NCBI RefSeq assembly: GCF_006345805.1
Contig: NC_043002.1
Coordinates: 73,346,001 to 73,410,000, forward strand
Direction of reading: 5' to 3'
Length of the DNA stretch: 64,000 bases
DNA from: Octopus sinensis
Lineage: Eukaryota
In this document: positions 12,890 through 26,930 of the stretch, one piece after another
How the letters are laid out: each line of letters begins with the position of its first letter
Position numbering within the stretch: the stretch's first letter is position 1
Made by a program: the position numbers and the translations under genes
Notes under the pieces: model-generated
The model's input: only the letters and a program-made list of their open reading frames with translations
Database searches by the model: none
Told to the model about the DNA's origin: nothing

Positions 12890-13680
12890 TGATGGGATCT
12901 GAAACAAATATGCGGACAAATATTGCATCCAAATTCAGAGAACATCCTGAACAAACTGAGGCCGCCGAAACGGAATGGAAATTGTTTTGTTCGGTAGTTT
13001 CTTCTTCAGCTAAATAATGTTGTGGACGAAAGCAATTCTGCGTGGCGCCAAGTCGTAAAAGAACACCCTGGTTTAACTAGAAAGGTAAACACGCCATTCG
13101 AATAAAGAAGAAGACTTACAAAGCTTGGTTTGGAAACAAGTCTTACCTTTTGCGCATGCGAGACAATGAGGCGCGAAAAGTTGCTGCAGAGACAGTAAAA
13201 ACGTTCAAGGCTAAGTCATGGGTGGACATTGGGGATAGAATGAGCCCTGGATTTAGATTGGCCAATGGATTATTCTGGCTGACCATCCGCTGACTTCGTA
13301 ATAAGAAATTTTCTTCTAAACTTGCCATTAAAAAGTCGGCTAAGACTCTCTGCAGGGAATAGCATTCTTTGGAAATGGAGAGAATACTTTGCTGATCTAA
13401 ATCCAATCACATTTCTGGTGGACACAAGGTGCTTCTGTGGGCGAAGACTAACCTTAAGGAAGCTGAAATAACAGGTGCGATTGAAGCGCTCTAATGTAAC
13501 AAAGCCTTTGAGGAGGAGGAAATTCTACTTGAGATGTTAAAAGCCTTAAGTAGAGAAGGTTTTGTTTTTTTTTACTAACCGACTAGTCTATGCCAAAAGG
13601 CTTGGATCAATCCAAAGTAAGGATTACAATTTTTAAAAGGAGACAAGAGAGTGCCCAAATTATTGAAGGATCTTCGCATT
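12890..13680 (+). mobile_element. Degraded RTE-like LINE ORF fragment
   Basis: EWKLF...CGRKQ...KRTPWFN...AIRIKKKTYKAW linker, followed by a KAxxEEEILLEMLK-like pre-RT motif; contains stops. Confidence 0.55.
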
Positions 13681-14129
13681 GAGCCTCATCCTTCACTCAG
13701 TCAGTGCCGACTCATTCGTCTCTCTTCCTCCAATCACCCATCTTACGCGCAACCCTTACACCGCCTTATTTCCAGTCTGAAGATCTTCTAGAATCTCCAC
13801 CCTGCTCATGTCTTTCTAGAAGGTGTTGACTCGCAACAGTTTAAGAGTAGCATTCACGTCGTCAATGTCTACTGAAGAGCAGGCTGTACTTTGCAGCTTG
13901 CAATTTTGGGGTCTGTATCCGATTTACTTCAGGCTAATACAGTAGAAAATATCGCTGCTGGTCGCATGTCAGATTACAGAATTTCTGCCTAAGAATGAGA
14001 AGATTACGATACCGTTTTTTTTTCTCTCTCCTATCGGTGTAGCCCCACTGATTCCAGTTACAACTAAAAATTGTCTACTTCCAAAACACGTTTGTCAGCA
14101 ATGTCTGGAAAGTGGACAGTGTATGAGTC

Positions 14130-14680
14130 AGCTTGCGTGTGGTTGGAGGGGAGAAAATCAGGTGTAGTGTTGGCGAATCTCGGGAAGCATGGGAGTTTTA
14201 AAGGATGCAATGCTCTGACAACAAAAAAACTGATGCCGGCAGTTTGTTCCATACTTCAGCAACTCTTAGCATGAAAAAATGTTTCGGAAAGTCATGGTAG
14301 CTGTGCCGTTTTCTGACTTTGTAAACACGTCCACGGGTGTTGGACGGGTGGAGTTTGAAAAGGTGCTCAGAGTTATTGTTAGTAAGATGATTAATAATTT
14401 TATGGGTGTCTGCCAAGTTAGCTGCCATACGTCGGAGTTTCAATGTGTCCATGCCCAGGGAAGTAAGGCGTTCAGAATATGGCAAATGCCTGATGGAGGG
14501 TATTCTCTTGGTTGCACGTCGCTGTACGGTTTCCAGACGATTAATACCCTGGGCAAGATAGAGGTTCCAGACCGGTGATGCAAATTCCAGGTGAGGCCGC
14601 ACATACCAACAGCAGTATTTGTGGAACTCGCGGATATAAAGTCCTAACCCGTCCCTTGCGTTTGATATAGTACATCTTAG
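14130..14680 (-). mobile_element. CR1-like LINE ORF2 C-terminus
   Basis: YVRPHLEFASPVWN...LETVQRRATK...YSERL...LKLRR...FFMLRVAEVWNKLP. Confidence 0.8.
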
Positions 14681-14717
14681 CAACACACACACACACAAAC
14701 ACACACACGCGCGCACG

Positions 14718-14755
<38 letters not shown>

Positions 14756-14765
14756 CACACACACA

Positions 14766-14803
<38 letters not shown>

Positions 14804-15547
14804 CCAGAGGCAATAAGTTATTTAGATTAATTGGTGTAATGTTAAAGCAATGGCATGATGCAATCTCTCGCAGTGAATTACCAAAAGATGATTCCTTATT
14901 ATTAATTAATTTCATTTAAATTAATTTAAATTACTGCTTTACTGTAGCTGTCTCTTATCCCCTTACAGTACACTCTCTACAATACTCTTTCCCTCTTGAC
15001 ATCAGTATTGTCATACTGTGTACACCTCCTGGATCCTGTGCTAACCTTCACTGACCCACAGTGATTCTTCCCCTAAGCATATTATTTTCTATTTGAAGAC
15101 GGTAGAGTGTCATTTGAGGAAAGTTTTGCCGCTGTTTCTAGCGTAGAAACTTCCTATTAAATTTTAAACGGTTTTCTGCTTTTCAGGGGAGGTAACTCTA
15201 GCATAAGCTTCCAAAATCGGAACAAACAAGAAAAAAAGGGTCTTACTAAAGGGAAATAACTAAAAGATCAGAAGCAATTCCATTTTATTTAATTTGACTG
15301 GGGCCATGCTGGAGCACCGCTTCCAAAGGTTTTCGTCGAAGAAATCGACCCCTGTTCTTATTTTTCATAAAGTCAAGTACTTATTCTATCTGTCTTTTAC
15401 CAAACCGATAACTTATGAGGGCCTAAACACATCAACACCGGTTGGGAAGACAGACACAAAGACAGTCACATAGATATTTACATCCATATATATATATATA
15501 TAATTAAATAAATAAATAAATAAATATATATATATATAATTAAATAA

Positions 15548-15591
<44 letters not shown>

Positions 15592-16920
15592 CGGCACGAA
15601 GCTATGGTAGAAGATGCTTTCCCAAGGTGCCATGCAATAGGACTGAACCCGGAACCATGTGGTAGAGAAGCAAGCTTCTTACCACACATCCATACCTGCA
15701 CCTTTTCATTCCCATTCAGTTATTTTCTTTTAAACTTCTTTTTCATGCCACAGAACATTCGACATGAATTTACAATGTGTTCCACACTTGCTTGAGCGCT
15801 TGAAAAACTGCTTTGCCGCATTTGTTCTAGCACATTCCTTCTGAGTTCAAATCTTACAAAAGTCTACTTTAGCTTTCATCCCTCTGAGTTCCAAAGAACA
15901 AAGTACCAGTGAAGTAATGGAATTGGCACAATCGAGAAAATTGCTGACTTTCTGCTTTAATTTGAAACAACGTGTCCGGTTGTCAACCCAAGGTTTACTG
16001 TTCGTCAAGGCAAGAAGGGCAAAGTGTCGACCGGTCTCTAACAGATTTATGGTCAAGCCTGTGGCAGTGGAGCCCTCCAGTATTCTTATATCTTTATTGC
16101 CCACAAGGGGCTAAACAAAGAGTGGGCAAACAAGGACAGACAAAGGGATTAAGTCGATTACATCGACCCCAGTGCATAACCGGTACTTATTTAATCCGCC
16201 GAGGTCGACTTTGCCTTTCATCTTTTCGCGGTCGATTAAATAAGTACCAGTTACGCACTGGGGTCGATATAATCAACTTAATCCGTTTGTCTATCCTCGT
16301 TTGTCCCCTCAATGTTTAGCTCCTTGAGGGCAATAAAGAAATAAGAAACGTTAGCACGTCGGGTGAAATGCTTAGCGGTATTTCGACTGTCTTTACGTTC
16401 AGAGTTCAAATTCTGCCGGGGTCGACTTTGCCTTTCATCCCCGTAACTTAGCGGTTCGGCAAAAGAGAACGATAGAATAAGTACTAGGCTTACAAAGAAT
16501 AAGTACTGGGGTAGATTTGCTTGACTAAAGGCGGTGCTCCAGCATGGCCGTAGTCAAATGACTGAAACAAGTAAAAGAGGAAAAGAGTAAAAGAGGTGCG
16601 CGCACACGTGTATGTATATTTATACATATACATAAACATTTACGGTTAACCGGTATAGTAAACGGAAAAATATCTGAAATCTGAAAATCGGGTACAAATA
16701 TACGAATTTTAAATAGTCTCACATATGCAATATAGTGAACTGAAGCACTTCAATCGATTGAGATTATTCAAGCAATTAGTAACCCATAACTACATTAGGA
16801 TTGTTTAAAATCTAAAAAGAGGTAAATCCAATATGATCAGTTAATGAAATTTTTATACAGAATCGACAAAGCGGGATTGAAATGGATCAAGTCTTTCAAG
16901 CCAACTGGTGAAAGCAACGG

Positions 16921-16956
16921 GCATGTTTCGGTCTTATTAGACCTCATCAGTGAATC
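16921..16956 (-). ncRNA. Partial hammerhead ribozyme (core plus stem II)
   Basis: CTGATGA GGTC taataa GACC GAAAC ATGC. The cleavage triplet and stem I are decayed. Confidence 0.45.
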
Positions 16957-18166
16957 ATAATATTACATTGTGAAAGTGAATGATTGATATATCAATACAA
17001 AAACAAAAAAGGTATACGAACGTCGATTATTTATATTAACAATATGGTTAAGATGAAATACACCAAGGGAGCTTCCTTTGTACAAAGTACAGCTAAATGA
17101 CGCACAGTGAATTGAAAAGCCTCGATCAACAAAGATTATTCAAGCAAAACTCCCTGTTGGATGTTTGGAAAAAAAAAAAAAAAAACCCGCAATCAACAAA
17201 CAAGGACGATAACTCCCCAAAAAGGTCAGTTAATCGAACATTTTGTAAAATATAGTCAATCGAAATTTGAGTGAACGTAATCCTTAAAACGAATTGAGAA
17301 AGGCAAAAAAAAAAAAAAAAAAAAAAAAGATGCTTCCTCAGCAAAACATATACTGCGCAGTTGGAAAGACTAAGATCGATACATTCAGAATATATTGATC
17401 TTAGTCTTTCTAAAGAAAAAAAGTTTCTTTATCGCTTCCTATTGTTGCACTAAAAATTGAATTTCGCTTAAATACAAATGGTATAGCAACTTTGTGAATT
17501 CAACAATCTGTCTCTTTCTGTATATAAGGATGATCCCATTCGAATTGGCTGCCCAAGTGGAAGGATATGTGTACAACCATGCAATTCACAGGAATCTTCT
17601 GTCTTTTCGGCGCATTCGTGTGCCTTCCAACTATCTACGGTAGGTATATCATGTATATAAACTGCATAACGAATATTATTGATCATAGCCTATCTTTTGA
17701 TATCTTGTAAAATGCTAATATGAATGATATCGTAGCCAAGACATTAAATACAAATCGTTGCTAATGCATTAATCTAAACAACTCACTTAAAATGTTTTAG
17801 TTTTTTTTTATGTTTTAGATATATTTCGGTTTTGTAATTGCGTGAAAATGATTTTATTGACTTAGGGTGGTCGTGGTGATGTCACATGCACAGTTAAATT
17901 CCAAACTAAATGCCTTGCAGTGTTTAGTTTCGTTTTGAGCTTGAACTCTTCTGAGGCTAACTTTACGTTTAATACCTACAGGGTTGATGGACTACAATCA
18001 GTTCGATCGACTATATATCTATCGCAAAAATCTCAGACTTTACGAGCCAAAACGAGCCTCTACCTGGTCATGAAAGCTGCCAGAAATAGCAGACAAACAC
18101 TTTTCAAATCAAATAACACTCCATCCCCCACACATTTCTCTCTCTCTCTCTCTCTCTCTCTTGATT

Positions 18167-18201
<35 letters not shown>

Positions 18202-18216
18202 CTCTCTGTTTCTTCC

Positions 18217-18294
<78 letters not shown>

Positions 18295-18520
18295 GAAAAA
18301 GAAATAATGACATTCAACAATATAATCCCCGGACTGTCAGGACGGCCTGGTCACTTTTGATCACTGGTCTGTTCGATCAAGGCCATCCTGAGACTAAATA
18401 ACAACAATCTGTAATATCTTTGTGTCAAAGACAAAAGTCAATAGTTCCGTACATTCAAGGAATTTAACAACATATCTCAAAGACACCTATATTAGATATT
18501 AGCATATTGTTACTATATGC

Positions 18521-18933
18521 AGGCGCAGGAGTGGCTGTGTGGTATGTAGCTTGTTTACCAACCACATGGTTCCGGATTCTGTCCCACTGCGTGGCACCTT
18601 GGGCATGTGTCTTCTACTATAGCCTCGGGTCGACCAAAGCCTCGTGAGTGGATTTGGTAGACGGAAACTGAAAGAAGCCCGTCGTATATATGTATATATA
18701 TATATATTTATGTGTGTGTATATGTTTGTGTGTCTGTGTTTGTCCCCCTAACATCGCTTGATAGATGCTGGTGTGTTTACGTCCCCGTAACTTAGCGGTT
18801 CGGCAAAAGAGACCGATAGAATAAGTACTAGGCTTACAAACAATAAGTCCTGGGGTCGATTTGCTCGACTAAAGGCGGTTCTCCAGCATGGCCATAGTCA
18901 GATAACTGAAACGAGTAAAAGAGTAAAAGAGTA
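18521..18933 (+). mobile_element. SINE family A, near full-length copy
   Basis: Complete head-microsatellite-body-tail arrangement. Confidence 0.9.
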
Positions 18934-19404
18934 TTGATTTTGGTACAAGGCCATCAATTTTGGGAGTAGGGGTTAGTCAATTGCATCAATCCCAGATTTC
19001 AATTGGTGTTTTATCGAAACGATTCATCGTTTCGATAGCAAGTCAACCACGGCGACATTTGAACTCGGAATGTAAAGACGGACGAAATGCCGCTGAGCAT
19101 TTTTGCCCGGTGCGTTATCGATTACTCTCTTTACTCTTTTATTTGTTTCAGTCATATGACTGTGGTCATGCTGGAGCGCTGCCTTTAGTCGAGCGAATCG
19201 ACCCCAGGACTTATTCTTTGAAAGCCTAGTACTTATTTTATCGGTCTCTTTTGCCGAACCGCTAAGTTACGGGGACGTAAACACACCCGCATCGGTTGTC
19301 AAGCGATGTTGGTGGGGACAAATACAGACACACAAACACATACATACATACATACATACATACATACATACATGCATGCATACATACATACATACATACA
19401 TACA

Positions 19405-19496
<92 letters not shown>

Positions 19497-20357
19497 ATAT
19501 TATATATATACATATATACGACGGGCTTCTTTCAGCTTCCGCCTACCAATCCACTTACAAAGCTTTGGTCGGCCCGAGGCTATAGTAGAAGACACTTGCC
19601 AAGGTGCCATGCAGTGATACTGAACCCGGAACCATGTGATTCTTTAGCAAGCTACTTATCATACAGCCACTCCTACGCCTAGTAATAATAATATATTTAA
19701 AAACAAGCCATAATATCACAATCTGTTAGTACAAACTTACGAAAAATTGCTTACGGCATGTTAGCATTTATGTGGTACTCCACCCAGGTGGTTGATCATT
19801 GTTACATGAAACATCACAGCCAGAAATACAAATCTATCCATCCTGTATGACTACTTTCTTGCCCAAAATAGAAACATCTATACAGCTGAAGTGTTAGGCA
19901 ATAAAGTTTAAATACGGTACTCCTGTAACGTAGTTCATTTACGGTAAATTTATGTTTTCATACTTTATTCCAGTATATTGTATTTACTTGCACAGAACCA
20001 TAAATTTTCCTCTAAAAAATCACTTTAAAATATCTTGCAATAAATGTATTATGAAACATGCTAAATACTTTGTTTCCCCCTCCAACAATATCATTGGAAA
20101 ATAAAGGTGTGTCTTATGCGAAGATGCGTCTTATACGCCGTTAAATATCGTAAAAAGACATAGTTAAACTCCGTTGTTATTATTACACTGCAGAAGATCC
20201 TGAAGAAAGAAACCTGCATACATGTACAGAATAGGCTTAAACGATTGCTGAAAGCAACATATTTAGAATAAATGATTCGATATTCTCTATCTGTTTTAAT
20301 AACTCTGAATGTAATTGTATAAACTGATTAAACAAGATTTTATTTTACTTGCTTCAG

Positions 20358-20402
20358 CGTCTGTCCTACGCCTCGATGAGATGATGAAAATCTTGTCTGC
20401 AG
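20358..20402 (+). CDS. Exon (45 nt, phase 1-1; may contain the start ATG at 20381)
   Basis: Acceptor ttttacttgcttcag, donor CAG|gtaagt. Reads (x)SVLRLDEMMKILSA in frame with the downstream exons. Confidence 0.6.
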
Positions 20403-23400
20403 GTAAGTTTTTCTACAATACACTTAAGGAGAAAGGTTTCATAATGGTAGAAACGTTAGCACACCGGGCGAAATGCTTAGCGGTATTTCGTCTGCCGCTA
20501 CGTTCTGAGTTCAAATTCCGCCGAAGTCGACTTTGCCTTTCATCCTTTCGGGGTCGATTAAATAAGTACCAGTTACGCACTGGGGTCGATGTAATCGACT
20601 TTCCACCTTCCCCAAAATTTCGAGCCTTGTGCCGAGAGAAGAAAAGAATAATACATTTCAACGGCAATCTGGTAGAAAAACAACTAGGTTCTAGATATAC
20701 CATACTTCCGATTTGCTGAAAACCAAGCAGCACATTCTAATATGAAGATATTCTTCGCATAAAGTGCAGTGTGACAATGATGGAATACTGTATTTACCAA
20801 GTGCAATGTAGATTCGAATGTAATGTGAAATCCCCAAACTTATGGCAAAATATTTGAAACAAATGATATGGTTTCACAGAATGTTGTTGTAGACATCAGA
20901 TAAAAGAAAAGAAAAGAAATTGAAAAAGTTGAGGTTCCTCTCAAAACATTCGTTTTCTAGTTTACTCGAATTACCGGAGAACCACGTCTCCATAAAACGC
21001 ACAACTAGTTAACACACATGAAGAAACTGCAGCAAATTTGATATTGATGGATAAACGATGAAACTTGCCGTGTGTGTATCTGCGATGGCTAAGTCGTATG
21101 CGCGACACACGGCACCCGTTGTATTCAATACAGATATTCTGACGCGGGGGGGGGGACAACAATGGTAAAGGAGAGGGGGGCTTATGTGAAAGGAATTGTA
21201 ACGCCTTCCGTGGGCCACACTTTAGAGAACAAGGAAAGTCATTGCATCGAGGATGTTACTACATTGAGAATGTCCGGATTAAAGGGTTAGAAAAATGGAT
21301 AAAAGGCTCTCCCTGAGCCATAAGTTTTTCTTATTCTGTGATGTACATATTTCCCCCACTGGACGGGATACCAGTCTGTCGCAGGATTACTTATTTTTGC
21401 CGGTTGAGTGAGCTGGAGTTCTGTGTTTTGCTCAAGAACACAGCGCATCAAATGCCGTGAGAGAGAGGGCATACTAAGCTTTCATACATACACACACACG
21501 ATAGTATCAAAGAGTTTAATAAAAAATAACTCTTTACCTAAGTTTTAACATCCTTCCCTTCGAAATAGTTACCTTGCGCAACAACACTCCCAGCATTCCT
21601 GCTACTTTTGGAATCCGGCCTGGAAGTCGTTTTCCGTAAACGAGCCAAAGCCCTGTGATTCGCTCTGGATTTCGACGACGGGGTTAAAACAACGATCTTT
21701 GAACAGCATTTTCATCTCGGGGAAGAGATAGAAGTCCGCAGGTGCTAAATCTGGTAAATAGGGGCTACGGAAGTGTTACCATGCTGTTTTGGGCGAGAAA
21801 CTCACCAGTGAGGAGAACTCGGCGACAGGGAGCATTGTCGTCGTGAAGAATTCAATTCTTCAGGTTCCACAGATTCGGTCGCTTTCGCCAAATTTCCTCC
21901 CGCAAATGCCTCAAAACGTCACAGTAGAACTCTCGATTGACGGTCTGGGGGATGAATTCTCGATGCACAATACCTTATTTCCGGGGGTGACACAGGATGT
22001 AACAAGGCTGGTCCTTTGAAATACTGATACTTATTTCTTTATTGCCCACAAGGGGCTAAACATAGAGGGGACAAACAAGGACAGACAAAGGGATTAAGTC
22101 GATTACATCGACCCCAGTGCGTAATTGGTACTTAATTTATCGATCCCGAAAGGATGAAAGGCAAAGTCGACCTCGGTGGAATTTGAACTCCGAACGTAAC
22201 GGCAGACGAAATACCTATTTCTTTACTACCCACAAGGGGCTAAGCACAGAGAAGACAAACAAGGACAGACAAACATATTAAGTCGATTATATCGACCCCA
22301 GTGCGTCACTGGTACTTATTTAATCGACCCCGAAAGGATGAAAGGCAAAGTCGACCTCGGCAGAATTTGAACACAGAACGTAGCGGCAGACGAAATGCCG
22401 CTAAGCATTTCGCCCAGCGTGCTAACGATTCTGCCAGCTAATACTCATTTTTGCCATATATAAACACACATACACACACTGAGTGTGAAAGTCTTTTATT
22501 GAAGCTGTGATTTCAACAAGAGAATTCAGTTCTGTTCTATGGAACGCATCAGGGACTGGTCAACGATACTAGTGGACTTGGGTTTAAGACATTTGCAGCC
22601 TAAACTATATTAATATTGATACTAACAATGTAAAATATATGAAAACAAACCTGAAGTGGACCTAGAGGTGAGACAGTATGTCATTGATGAGGTCGCAAGC
22701 GTCGGCGAAGCGATTTAAAAAAAAAAAACTAGCGGATTGATTCGTTTCTCTTTTAGTTTTAGTTCCTCCGAATGATTAATCAAACTGTCGATTAGTTAAC
22801 TGGTTAAATGTTGACGAATTGACTGATGAAAATAAAAGAAGTTAAATAGAACCAGTGCGTGTGTATATCATTGGCATAATGGCCCTCCCTATATACAAGA
22901 AAATCTGTTTCAACACACGAGTTCCCATCAAGAATATTGTAAAGCAAATACAAAAACGAAAAGAAAACAGAAATACAGAAGAGGAACAACTAAATAGTAA
23001 ATGGCTGGTAATGGTATTAGTCATGATGATAACGAGGAAAATAAATTAAGACTGAAAATAAACGCGCGAATTTATAGTTATTGGTTTGGTAGGGTATATT
23101 AATAGTAGCAATGATACTGGTGATGATGACATCATGATGGTGGTGGTGGTTTTGTTGGTGATGACGATGAGAAAAATTAAGAATAAAAACATGAATTTAT
23201 AGCCTTTTCTAAGGTAGAAAAATAATAAAATTAATAACGAAAGGATAAAGTATAACTGGTAGTGATGATAATGGGAATTAAAGCAACGGTAGGATAGAGA
23301 AGAGAATTACATTCATTGAAAGACAAAAGCTTGTGATCGTCTTTTTTTTTTGTTTCTTTTTTGTAAAAAACCGCTCCCTAGAAAAGCATATAAAACGAGG

Positions 23401-24748
23401 TCGGAGCTTCCAATAAGAAAAAGGAGCCCATGGTTGGGTCAACCAGAAAAGCCTTAAAAATGGCATTCCCTCACCTCCACACACACCTACATGCTCGCAC
23501 CAAAGTACTAATGATAAGCAAATACTAACGGTTTGGTATTACTGATATTGTCGGAGATGGTAGTTATTGGTGGAATGGAAAATTTTAGTAGTGATATTAG
23601 TAGCGATGGCGCTAAAAATATAATCTTTTCTACTCTTGGCACAAGGCTCGAAATTTTGAGGGGAGGGGGCCAGTCGATTAGATCAACCCCCAGTACGTAA
23701 CTGGTACTAATTTTATCGATTCCGAAAGGATGAAAGGCAAAGTCGACCTCGGCGGAATTTGAACACAGAACGTAAAAACAGACGAAATACCGCTAAGCAT
23801 TTCGCCCGGAGTGCTAACGTTTCTTATTTCTTTACTGCCCACCAGGGGCTAAACATAGAGGGGACAAACAAGGACAGACAAAGGGATTAAGTCGATTAGA
23901 TCAACCCCAATGCGTAACTGGTACTTAATTTATCGGCCCCGAAAGGATGAAAGGCAAAGTCGACCTCGGCGGAATTTCAACTCAGAACGTAACGGCAGAC
24001 GAAATACCGGCATGCTAACGTTTCTGCCAGCTCGCCGCCTTGACGCTAAACATATATGAAAAAAAGTGTGCGTGCATGTATGAATGTCATGTATAAGGCC
24101 TTAATGTAGCGGTTCTCAGCCGGGATCTTTATGGCCCTTAGGGGTCCATGTAAGATTTTGTTGTCAAAATCTATGTATAATAGATTGGTTATACTTCTAC
24201 AATACACAAAGATATTTTAACTATTTTTTTTATACAATTTCAAAATATATTTAGTTCTAAAAATGGACTTTTTAAAAATCGAATGGCTATGAGGGTCCAC
24301 CCGAGTAAATTAGGAATCAAAGGGGTCCGTAGATGAGGGAAAAAATGGTTGAGAAACACTGCCTTAGTAAAAAGAACAATATGTTATTTCCATATAGAAA
24401 ATAATGTTTTATTGCGTACATTAGAGTAGATCTCAGAAGCTGCTGAAAAATAGGGTTCGCTCAACTCGTTGAAGCCCCCTCTTGACTATATTTATAAAAC
24501 ATTTAAGAAATAATACACTAATACGGAATGGAAACATAGGATGTAAGCATCAACAAACACATACACTTCTCTCTCTCTCTCTCACTCTATCTTTCAGATG
24601 TTCTCCCTGGAGGTAAGACAATTTTTTTCAAGTTTGTTGCACTCACGCATTTTTGCTAGTACATACGCGGTGAAGCTATACATTAGCGTCGTATTATTAC
24701 GTTCGCTATTTCCAGTAAATATCGGTACTTCGTTGTGCCATATATTTA

Positions 24749-24811
<63 letters not shown>

Positions 24812-26893
24812 ATCAGCCGAAACATACATGTATATGCATTTAACTAATAGTATCCAAGTTGAGCAAATTTACCTGAAACTACGCAGTCTCTTTTATCATC
24901 TGTTTTAACAATAATTCTATATATAATAAAGTTCTTTCTCACCACCAGACGTTAAACCACAAAGCGGTTTTGTTGAACCTATCAATGGACTAAAGACCGT
25001 TTCAGAGGTTGTTAGAGACGCTAGAAATTACCTAAAGAATACAGATCCAAAGACTTTACTAGCTTCGCAGAATGTTCCTTTTAAGTGTGGTCTAGCCCCA
25101 AGTCTTGGTAATCTGACTAAAAAAGTATTTCAAGATATGGATCGCAATGTACAGGTAAACAATTTCTCTGAATTTCTATAATCTGCACATTCTCTAACGT
25201 TTCCACATCTCCATAAATGCCGAATAATGCGTATTCCTAGTTAACTTTTTACTGTTATATATTGTAAAGATATTAATTCTAAAGTATATATTGTTTGTTA
25301 TTTTATGTGGATAATGTTTTTTTTTAATTAAATAATATATTTATGCTTTTCGATAATGATAAAAAAATCTTTACATTTTATTTTGATTACAAATTGTCTA
25401 TACCTTTTAAAACTTGCTTTTACAAGGTTTGCATATTAGAAATGGGTAAGAAACAAGACATTTATCTGGTTCTATTAATATAAAAATTAATAGTTGAATG
25501 ATATTCATGGGACACTCCATTTACTAGTAAGATTGTAGACAAACAGAAGGTTAGTGTATGGTGTTGAAAGCAAAGCCAGCGAAATATGGAGATTATTTTC
25601 GGTGAGAGTACTTTTAAGAGAGCTATCATGGTTGCGAGATGGTATGTGGAAAGTGTCCATAGTGTTAAAGGTTCTCAAAAAAAAAAAAAGGATCAGAACT
25701 TTCTGCTGCAATTTGGAAGGCGAGAATGCTTGCAGGTTGTACTATGGACAAACTCATCGTTTGTTTCTTCAACAGAAATCATGTAGCAATGCAGTATTAT
25801 GTTTGGTAGATAAAAAGCTTTCACGTTGGAGATGGTGAACGACTGCTTTTTTGGATGATAGATTGTGTTCTTTAATCAAAGGGCTTCAGCGCAACTTAGC
25901 ATAAACTCTGCGATGATATTGTACGGTAGAACATCCTGTAGTTGTCTCTGGAACATCTGAGTGAAGGCGGCGAGCTGGCAGACTCGTTAGCGCGCCGGGC
26001 GAAATGCTTAGCGGTATTTCGTCTGCCTTTCATTTTTTCGTCTGCTTTTCATTTTTTCGGGGTCGATAAATTAAGTACCAGTTACGCACTGGGGTCGATG
26101 TAATCGACTTAATACCCATGTCTGTCCTTGTTTGTCACCTTTATGTTTAGCCCCTTGTGGGTAATAAAGAAATAGGTATTGTATGACATAAAGTGTATTG
26201 CTCTGGTTAGGCAGTGATTGGATGATCCGATCCAATGAATATAAAGACGGCGATGCTTTAGAGAATCCTATTTAGTTTGTTAATGTGCCTGTGAAACAAT
26301 TTGTTGTAAATTTATCGCGGTGAATTAATAGTGAATAAATAATTCAACTCCCGTAATTTCATCAAGGCCATTTTTTACATCGTCAGTAATTTCTTAGCCT
26401 GAGTAAATGTATTTTTAAATGATATTTAGAGTTTATCTTTTATTTGCAGTGTATATATATTGAATTTTATTAACAAAAAAAACAAAAAACAGGAACAGAA
26501 ATTCTATCCGATGATCTGGAAATATTTAGAAATCTTGGAAAAGGAAATATCTTGAAAACTAAGCAATAATCGACCAGCATATTGCTGGTGCAGATATTCT
26601 AGATCTCACATGTTGTATACATGTATAACTGCGAGAATTCATCAATTTCACGAAACACTAGGAAGTGTTTATGAAGAATTAGCAAAATATGTATATTTTG
26701 ACTTTTTAGAATGTTTCTTCCTTCCTCCATTTTGAAATTAGATGAATTTATGACTGTATTTTCGTGTGTGTGTGTGTGTGTGTGTGGTGTGTGTGTGTGT
26801 GTGTGGTGTGTGTGTGCGTTTGGTTTGTGTTGTGTGTGTGTGTGTGAGTATGTATGTGAGTGAGTGTCTGTGTGAGTATGTGTGTGAGTATGT

Positions 26894-26930
<37 letters not shown>

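Noticed and set aside
13872-13906. CTGAAGA followed by an 8-bp hairpin
   Set aside because: No GAAA after the stem and no stems I or III; more likely a LINE 3' stem-loop or chance.
17364-17410. Short perfect hairpin gaaagactaagatc...gatcttagtctttc
   Set aside because: Isolated palindrome in degraded repeat sequence; no function can be supported.
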